From positions 1-64,000 of the forward strand of contig NW_013657673.1 in the NCBI RefSeq assembly GCF_000142905.1: DNA of 64,000 nt, in the 5' to 3' direction. The position numbers and the translations under genes are program-made. Position 1 is the stretch's first letter. Each line of letters starts with the position of its first letter. This document shows, piece by piece, positions 56,050 through 64,000 of this stretch. Under the pieces are notes generated by a model that ran no database searches, was not told where the DNA came from, and was given only the letters and a program-made list of their open reading frames with translations. The DNA is from Thecamonas trahens ATCC 50062 (lineage: Eukaryota > Protista > Apusomonadida).

Positions 56050-59000
56050 GTGCCCCCCTTGACCCGCTGCCTTCCCATCCGGCGAGCAGAGTTTGATGGA
56101 GGAACCCATCCGCAAGGGGAGGGAGTCTTTGGAGATAGCCATGCCATGTACAGACGGAATAACGTAGCCACGAGAACACCAGTTGGATGTAGCGAGTTGT
56201 TACACCTTGGTCTACCTTCTTGGCTACTTTATATCACATTCCCCGCCCTTGTTCGCCCTACCGCCGCCTGTCTGGTGACGCCCCCATTTTTTTGGGATGC
56301 CTCCGGCAAGAGCCTGCAGGTCGGCTGGCGGCGGCCCTCGCCCAGGGACGGCGAAGAGACCGGTGGGAGAGCCAGAGCAGACTCACGGAGAGCCGAACCG
56401 CTCGAATGTGTGCTTAGAGTGAAACAACCAGTTCCTCGCCAGTTCGGCGAGTCCTCGGCGGAGCCGTTCCCCAGGACCAAGACGGCACCGCCGTCGCTGG
56501 GTTCGGACGCCGAGGCTGGTGCCGGTGGTGCCAGCGCTGCTGGCGGGCAGGCTGGCGGGCAGGGCCAAAAGGGCCAGCAGGGCCATCCTGGTGCGATGGG
56601 CCAAGGCCAGGGCATGCCGCAGCAGATGTACCCCATGCAGTACGGATATGCTCCGTACCAGGGCTACCAGCCGTACCCGTCGTATCAGGGCTTCCCGCAG
56701 TACGCTGGTGCGCCGCCGGCGGCCTACACGCAGCACTCGAGCCCCGGTGCTCCTGCGCCGGCCGCTGCCAAGCGCTCCGGGCTCAACCCTGCTGCGTCGA
56801 TCTTTGAGTATAAGGCTGCCTCGAAGATTGTCGTCTCTACCCCTCAGGGTAAGGAGGTCGACATTAACGAGCTGGCCGGCAAGAAGGCTAAGGCTGCTGC
56901 CGAGGCCAAGGCTGCTGCCGAGGCCGAGGCCAAGGCTGCTGCCGATGCCAAGACCGAGGCTACTACCGAGGCGGTGGCTGATGCCAAGACTGAGGCTGCT
57001 GCTGATGGTGCTGACAAGCCGAACGCGTCCGAGGCCGAGGCCGAGACTAAGGCCGAGCCCAAGCCGAACGCGTCCGAGGCCGAGGCCGAGACCAAGGCCG
57101 AGACCAAGACCGAGGCCGAGGCCGAGGACAAGCCGGACGCCGCCGAGACCGAGGACAAGCCGGCTGCCGACGCGGATGAGGCTGGCTCGTCGGCCGAGGC
57201 GACGGCGGCTGCAGCCGAGGCCGAGGCGCGGGCTGCGGCGGCCAAGGCTGCGGCCGAGGCTGCGGCTGAGGCTGCGGCTGCGGCTGAGGCCGAGGCACGG
57301 GCCGCTGCACGGCGTGCAGTGCCGCACGAGGTTGAGCCCGGCAAGATCAAGCGGTACACGCGCGAGCAGCTGATGCATTTCAAGGATCTGACTGCACCGC
57401 CGGACTCGGACGTGTTCCGCAAGTTCAAGGAGCATTACGAGGAGATGGAGCGTGCTGAGCCGCGGCAGCAGCGGAGCCGCGGCAAGGCGAACAACCGCGG
57501 CCGGCGGTCGAACCGCAACTCGCGGAAGAACGACTACCAGGGCGGCGGACGCGGGCGCAAGCGTGGGTCGCGCAAGGGCCGTGGTCGGCGCGGCGGGTAC
57601 AACGGCGGTGGCAAGGGCCGGCCGACGATCGACCCGGCGGACGTCAAGCCGCTGGAGCTGTCCGAGTCGCGGTGGAAGCCTGCGACTGCGTCGCAGGCAG
57701 ACCTCGACGAGACCGCGCGGGTGATCAAGGCGGCCAAGGGCATTCTCAACAAGCTGACGCTGGAGAAGTTCGACCGGCTGTCGAAGAAGCTGGTCGAGGT
57801 CGGCATTTCCTCGCCGGCCATTCTCCGCGAGCTCATCGGGCTCATCTTTGACAAGGCCATCGACGAGCGACCGTTTGCGTCGATGTACGCGGCGCTCTGT
57901 GTATTCCTCCAGGAAAACGTGGAGACGTTTACCGAGACCAACGACGAGGGCGAGGAGGAGGACGTGTCGTTCCGGCGGCTGCTGCTCAACCAGTGCCAGG
58001 AGAAGTTTGAGCGGCCAACGGAGCTGTCGGAGGAGGAGAAGGAGGGCATGACCGAGGAGGAAATCCGCGAGAAGAACCACATTCTCAAGCTCCGCCGGCT
58101 GGGCAACATCAAGTTTATCGGCGAGCTGTTCAAGCAGCGGATGATTTCGGCGCGGATCATGCACGACTGCGTGCTCACGCTGCTCAAGGATCCGGAGAAC
58201 CCGGACGAGGAGGAGCTCGAGTCGCTCTGCGAGCTGATGGAGACGGTCGGCAAGATGCTCGACGTCCCGCAGGCTGCGCAGTACATGAAGGCGTACTTCC
58301 AGCGGATGACCGCGCTCTCGACGTCGGACAAGGTCCCGTCGCGGATCCGGTTCCACCTGCAGGACATCATTGCGGCGCGCAAGAATGGGTGGGAGTTCCG
58401 CAACGCCCGCAAGAAGAAGGGCCCGAAGACCATTGCCGAGATTCACGCCGAGAAGGCCGCCGAGGAGCGCGCTGCGGCCGCCGAGGCTGCGCGCAACGAC
58501 AAGCGCGACCGTAAGCGGGGCGGACGGCGCGAGCGGGGCGGGCGGCGCGAGCGGGGCGGGCGCGGCGACCGCGACCGTGGCGACCGCGACCGCGACCGTG
58601 GCCGGTACCAGCGCCCGGCGGCGACCGACCGCTTTGCTGTCAGCCGCAACAACTACGAGCGGCCGGAGCAGTTTAACGCCCGCAAGTCGAAGAAGGCTAA
58701 GGCGTCGAACAGCGACGGTTGGTCGACGGTCAACCAGGGCACGGCCAAGCGCCCGTCGGCGACCTCGGAGGACCATCTGACGCTCGGCCCGTCGCGCGGC
58801 GGCTCGTCGCTCGCCTCGGGCGCCCGCGGCTGGAAGTCGTCGTCGGACGACAAGCCAAAGTCGAGCTCGGGGACCAAGAAGTCGACGTCGGTCGGCCAGA
58901 ACCTGTTTGCTCTTCTCGAGGCCGGCTCGTCGAGCTCGAGCTCGAGCTCGGAGGACACCCAGAGTGGCTCGGGCTCGGCTGACGCGAGCGGCTCGGCCGA

Positions 59001-60180
59001 CGCGAGCGGCTCGGCCGACGCGAGCGCTTCGGGTGCCGAGTCGCTGACCGAGGAGGACATTGCCGAGGCACACAAGGCCGGCAAGTCGCTGTTCAAGGAG
59101 TACACGTCCGCCAAGGACACCGCCGAGGCTGTGCAGTGCATCGAGGAGGTCGAGACCGCGCCGGCATGGGTCGCCATCGCGGGCGGCCTGCTCGCCATGT
59201 ACGAGTCCAAGGCCGACGATGTGGCCGCGGCGCAGGAGCTCCTCGCGCACATTCTCGAGGCGACCGAGCTGCTGAGCTCGGCGGCTGACGTGCAGGCGCT
59301 GCTCGCCATGGTTATGGAGGCCCTGCCGGATCTCTCGATTGACGCACCGCACGCGCCCAAGTACGCCGCGGCATCGGCGGCACTCCTCATCGACGCGCAC
59401 AACCTGGCGCTCGACGATGTGCTCACCCCGGAGGCCCTGGAGCCGTTTGGGATGTCTTCGCACCGCGTCGTCAGCTCGTTTGTGAGCGCGCTCAAGGACG
59501 CTCGCGGCGGCAATGTGGCCTCGGTCGTCGCCACCTGGCGGGCGTCGTCCATCGACCTCATGGAAGTGCTGCCCGGGCGGATGGCCGACGTTTCCGGCCT
59601 TGCTGACTGGATGTCGCGCGCCGGACTCGACGGCCTGTTCAAGCCCGAGCATGAGGTGCACCGCGTCAAGGCCAAGAAGATGCAGCCTGTCCTCTATGCC
59701 GCCTTTGTCGGCGGCACCTCGATCGACGACGTCCTCACGCTCATTGCTGAACTCCCTGTCGAGCTCCGCGAGTCGCCCGAGTTTGCTCGCGCGGCCCTTG
59801 CGGCCAACCTGGAGTTTATCGCCAAGATGGCACCGCTCGCCAACGGCTTTGCCGACTCGGAGCTCAAGACTACTGTCACCGAGCTCGTGGCCAAGTACGC
59901 CTCGATCCTCGTTGTCGTTGTCAACGCCTCGCTCGAGGCCCAGGCCGAGTGCGTCTTTGAGCTGCAGGCCTACGTCTGGGACCTGGCCTCTGCTGCCGAC
60001 GGAGCCTTCCCGCCCGAGCTGCTGCCGTACCTCTTCCACACCTACTACGACAACGATGTCATCAAGGAGGAGGCCTTTGAGGCCTGGGCCAGCGACTCGC
60101 GCTCCACTCCCGGATACGAGGAGTGCAAGGCCGAGGCCGCCGCCTGGCTCAAGTGGCTCGCCGAGGCTAACCCCGAATGA
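56050..60180 (+). CDS. eIF4G: Translation initiation factor eIF4G (MIF4G, MA3, W2); true start probably downstream or spliced
   Basis: YTREQLM (eIF4E-binding YxxxxLphi), KGILNKLT.EKF, LIFDKA..P.FASMYA, FRRLLLNQCQ, LGNIKFIGELF, SRIRF; W2 YDNDVIKEEAF..W..WLKWL. Confidence 0.93.
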   Translation: MPPLTRCLPIRRAEFDGGTHPQGEGVFGDSHAMYRRNNVATRTPVGCSELLHLGLPSWLLYITFPALVRPTAACLVTPPFFWDASGKSLQVGWRRPSPRDGEETGGRARADSRRAEPLECVLRVKQPVPRQFGESSAEPFPRTKTAPPSLGSDAEAGAGGASAAGGQAGGQGQKGQQGHPGAMGQGQGMPQQMYPMQYGYAPYQGYQPYPSYQGFPQYAGAPPAAYTQHSSPGAPAPAAAKRSGLNPAASIFEYKAASKIVVSTPQGKEVDINELAGKKAKAAAEAKAAAEAEAKAAADAKTEATTEAVADAKTEAAADGADKPNASEAEAETKAEPKPNASEAEAETKAETKTEAEAEDKPDAAETEDKPAADADEAGSSAEATAAAAEAEARAAAAKAAAEAAAEAAAAAEAEARAAARRAVPHEVEPGKIKRYTREQLMHFKDLTAPPDSDVFRKFKEHYEEMERAEPRQQRSRGKANNRGRRSNRNSRKNDYQGGGRGRKRGSRKGRGRRGGYNGGGKGRPTIDPADVKPLELSESRWKPATASQADLDETARVIKAAKGILNKLTLEKFDRLSKKLVEVGISSPAILRELIGLIFDKAIDERPFASMYAALCVFLQENVETFTETNDEGEEEDVSFRRLLLNQCQEKFERPTELSEEEKEGMTEEEIREKNHILKLRRLGNIKFIGELFKQRMISARIMHDCVLTLLKDPENPDEEELESLCELMETVGKMLDVPQAAQYMKAYFQRMTALSTSDKVPSRIRFHLQDIIAARKNGWEFRNARKKKGPKTIAEIHAEKAAEERAAAAEAARNDKRDRKRGGRRERGGRRERGGRGDRDRGDRDRDRGRYQRPAATDRFAVSRNNYERPEQFNARKSKKAKASNSDGWSTVNQGTAKRPSATSEDHLTLGPSRGGSSLASGARGWKSSSDDKPKSSSGTKKSTSVGQNLFALLEAGSSSSSSSSEDTQSGSGSADASGSADASGSADASASGAESLTEEDIAEAHKAGKSLFKEYTSAKDTAEAVQCIEEVETAPAWVAIAGGLLAMYESKADDVAAAQELLAHILEATELLSSAADVQALLAMVMEALPDLSIDAPHAPKYAAASAALLIDAHNLALDDVLTPEALEPFGMSSHRVVSSFVSALKDARGGNVASVVATWRASSIDLMEVLPGRMADVSGLADWMSRAGLDGLFKPEHEVHRVKAKKMQPVLYAAFVGGTSIDDVLTLIAELPVELRESPEFARAALAANLEFIAKMAPLANGFADSELKTTVTELVAKYASILVVVVNASLEAQAECVFELQAYVWDLASAADGAFPPELLPYLFHTYYDNDVIKEEAFEAWASDSRSTPGYEECKAEAAAWLKWLAEANPE

Positions 60181-60198
60181 ACCCAAGGACTATCCTAC

Positions 60199-61279
<1,081 letters not shown>

Positions 61280-61616
61280 GCCAAAGCTGGCGATGAGTGT
61301 GCCAGATGCCTGACGCGTCCCGCCCAACCCCCCCCCCCCCCCCCCCAACTGAGCTCATCGCTGGGCTCACGGTCAGGCAGCATTCCCATGCACACAGTCG
61401 TGTTAATCGAGTACATGGTGCCCATAGAGGCAATGTCAGGGAGGGGAAGGGGGGGGGGGGGGGGGGGGGGGAGGGGAGCAACGAACCGAGGCATCNNNNN
61501 NNNNNNNNNNNNNNNNNNNNNNNNNNNNNNNNNNNNNNNNNNNNNNNNNNNNNNNNNNNNNNNNNNNNNNNNNNNNNNNNNNNNNNNNNNNNNNNAGGGG
61601 GAGCAACAACCAGGCA

Positions 61617-62965
61617 TCAGCGGCGAAGGTTGTTGAGGCGATCCTGAAGGTCCGAGTCTGCGTTTGCGGCAACAGGCGTCCGCTCCGCATCCGAGGTGGG
61701 CGGGGCAGAGACAAGCGACCCCGACGGCGCGGCGTCGAGGGTCGACGCAATGTCCAGGCCAAGCTCGTCCATGACCTGACCAAGGATGGCATCCTCTTCG
61801 GCCTCGTCATCCTCGGAATCCATGACGTCGTCCATGACGTCCTCCATCATCTCCTGCTTGGCCTCGGAGATCTCCGTCTGTCGCTCAAACTCCATCATGA
61901 TAGCCTGGATCTGCGGCATGTTGAGTTGCTGGTTCATCGACCGCATGGCCTTGGTCACGCCCACCATCGCCTGTGCCATGGCCTGCTGCGACTTGAGCGT
62001 CTGGATCCGGAGCGAGACCGCCTGCAGCTGTGTCCGCATCTGGTAGAACTTCTGGATGTACTTGCGCGTCCGGACGAGGTCCTTGGCCATCACCTTGGCC
62101 GCGCCCATCTGGTTGTCCTTGGCTGCCTTCTTGATATCCGCAATGATCTTCTTCTCCGACCGCTGCATGCTTGTCCGCTCACGATCCAGCTCCCGCATCG
62201 CCTTCTTCAGCGCCCGCTGGTTCTCTCGCAGGATCTCTGTCCGCCCCACCACCGATCCCACACCAGTCCATCACCGAGAAGAAGCGCATCCCAGAGCAGC
62301 CAGCCGAGAGAGAGAAAGAGAGGGAGACAGGAGAGGAAGACAATGACCCCGATGCACATGCCCCGGACACCACCCCCACGTCGACGATCAGCATCAGCAG
62401 CCAGCCCACCAGCAGCATGGGAAACAAGACAGCAACAAGTGAGTGATATTGCGCAAGGGGATGGGGAGACAGGAAGGAAGGAAAGGGAGGGGGAGGGGAG
62501 GAGAGGAGAGGAGAGGAGAGGGGAGGGGAGGTTGGTGGCTTCTCCCCGTTCTCTCGCATGTGCAACTGACGTACGCTTGGGTGTCTTCTTCCTGTGGCAG
62601 GCAAAGGGAAGGGAGAAAGGGGAGGAAGGGATGAGTGTAGAAGGACCGGGGGGAGGAGGAGGGGGGGGGGGGGGATGGAAGGATGAAAAGGGGGAGGGAG
62701 GAGGGGAGAGGGAGGGGGAGGGGGGGGGGGAGGGAGGGGAGGGGGGTGTTGTCGTCGACGTGACGGGCGTGTTGTCGGCGGTGTTACTCGTGTCGGCGTC
62801 GTCTTCATTCTGGGTATGGAAGCCATGGCCAAACCATCCACACCACCCACACCCACACCCACACACACACTCTCTCTCTCTCTCTCTAGCTCTCTCTAGC
62901 TCTTTCTCTGGCTCTCTCATCCCTCTAGGTATTGCTACTACGTACTTGCCAAACAGCCACTCCAT
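61617..62965 (-). CDS. VPS2: ESCRT-III Vps2/CHMP2A; exons 62946-62965, 62575-62591, 61617-62236
   Basis: Spliced MEWLFGKKKTPKQILRENQRALKKAMRELDRER..AKDLVRTR..C-terminal MIM1 DLQDRLNNLRR. Confidence 0.95.
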
Positions 62966-63108
62966 GGTTGTTGCCTCGCTTTGTCGACAAGTGTGTGCCG
63001 CTCCCCTTCATCGGTCGGCTGCACACACCCCACACACCCAATCTCATGCCCCCCATTCTCTTCCTTCGCTCCGGTGAAACAATACGATAAGTGTGTTTGT
63101 AGAACAAG

Positions 63109-64000
63109 TTAAGCGGTGACAGGCTTGCGCATGACAACAAGGTGCATCGGGGTAAAGACGTTGAGCTTGCCGCCGTGGACGAGGCCGTCGACGGCAGTGA
63201 GGAGCATCTCGTGGACGTCGGTGGTGCCCTCGGGGCGAGGCCAAAGAACTCGGTGAAGATGCAGGTCATGTGGGTGAGCTGGTACGAGAGCCACGACATG
63301 TCGAGGCGCGAGTACCACGGGCGAGTGTCGACGACGTCCTGGGCAAGGTCTGCGTCCGAGATGACCTCAAAGCCGACAGCCTCGGCCGCGGCCTTGACGT
63401 CCTCAAACGAGCGGATCGGCGGGAGCGCGTTGCCGTACTCGATGTCCTTGATGGCCTGCACATGCTCCTCGTTGTTGGAGTCGTAGTTGGGCGTCGTCAG
63501 CCACTCGTACGACGCAAACACGCCGCCGGGCTTGAGCGTCCGGAAGACCTCGCCGTAGACGAGCTCGAGCTTGGGCGCATGGCAAGTGGCCTCGATGGCG
63601 TACGCCACGTCAAACTTGTCGGCATCAAACGGCATCTCCAGAAAGTCGCCCTGCACAACGTGCACGCGCTCGGCGAGACCCATCTCCTTGGCGTAGTTGT
63701 TGGCCTTGGCCACCTGGTACTCGTTGATGGTGATGCCCTGCACGTTGCCGCCAGAGTGCGACGCAATCGCGCGCGCCGGCCCGCCCACGCCGCACCCGAC
63801 ATCGAGCGCAGTGAGTCCGGGCTTGAGCCCAATCACGTCAGCGATCCGCTCCTCGTGCCGCCGGATCGAGTCGTCGTGCGACTCGGCAGTCTTGGTGTGC
63901 GCAAAGTGGAAGCTCTGGCCCCAGCCGTACTCGTACCAGTCAGACACAATGTTGTAGAACGAAGAAATCATCGCAGGGTTCTCGTCACGGTCGTTCTTGC
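63109..64000 (-). CDS. SMT1: Sterol 24-C-methyltransferase, 5'-truncated by window; frameshift ~63233
   Basis: YEYGWGQSFHFA, LDVGCGVGGPAR, AYAIEATCHAP, LKPGG, YEW, C-terminal FTPM. Confidence 0.95.

Noticed and set aside
56383-60186. 1267-aa antisense ORF over eIF4G, and similar long shadow ORFs
   Set aside because: Expected from high GC3 codon bias; no domain signal.

Overview
GC-rich, gene-dense nuclear DNA from a unicellular eukaryote in a draft assembly. It has four N gaps (410-509, 33364-34014, 49349-49448, 61496-61595) and few spliceosomal introns, mostly GTACG...YAG. The style suggests a free-living protist such as an apusomonad, but the organism is not verified. About 30 protein-coding genes can be supported: BAH-domain protein, Ctf8, JmjC+SET-like fusion, Vtc1-like DUF202 protein, quadruple-CX9C protein, bacterial-type PPK1, CHID1, CIA30/NDUFAF1, CobW/ZNG1, CH-CH coiled-coil protein, TBCK, cystathionine beta-lyase, SR splicing factor, SNU13, SLC35A transporter, a membrane EF-hand RasGEF, Hsp20, RPL17, C2 protein, DapA-family aldolase, Ank-DHHC, RNASEK, two atypical Rho GTPases, eIF4G, ataxin-3, VPS2, SMT1 and several hypotheticals. 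There is also a solitary 5S rRNA gene and a 20-bp minisatellite. About 22 apparent frameshifts are each repaired by adding one base to a homopolymer run, so they are most likely sequencing errors rather than pseudogenes. The most interesting item is the gene at 36269-40435. It joins a voltage-sensor-like multi-TM module with an S4-type Arg/Lys repeat to a RasGEF whose REM domain is split by two canonical EF-hands, making it a candidate voltage- and Ca2+-regulated Ras activator. All family assignments come from recognised motifs, not database searches.
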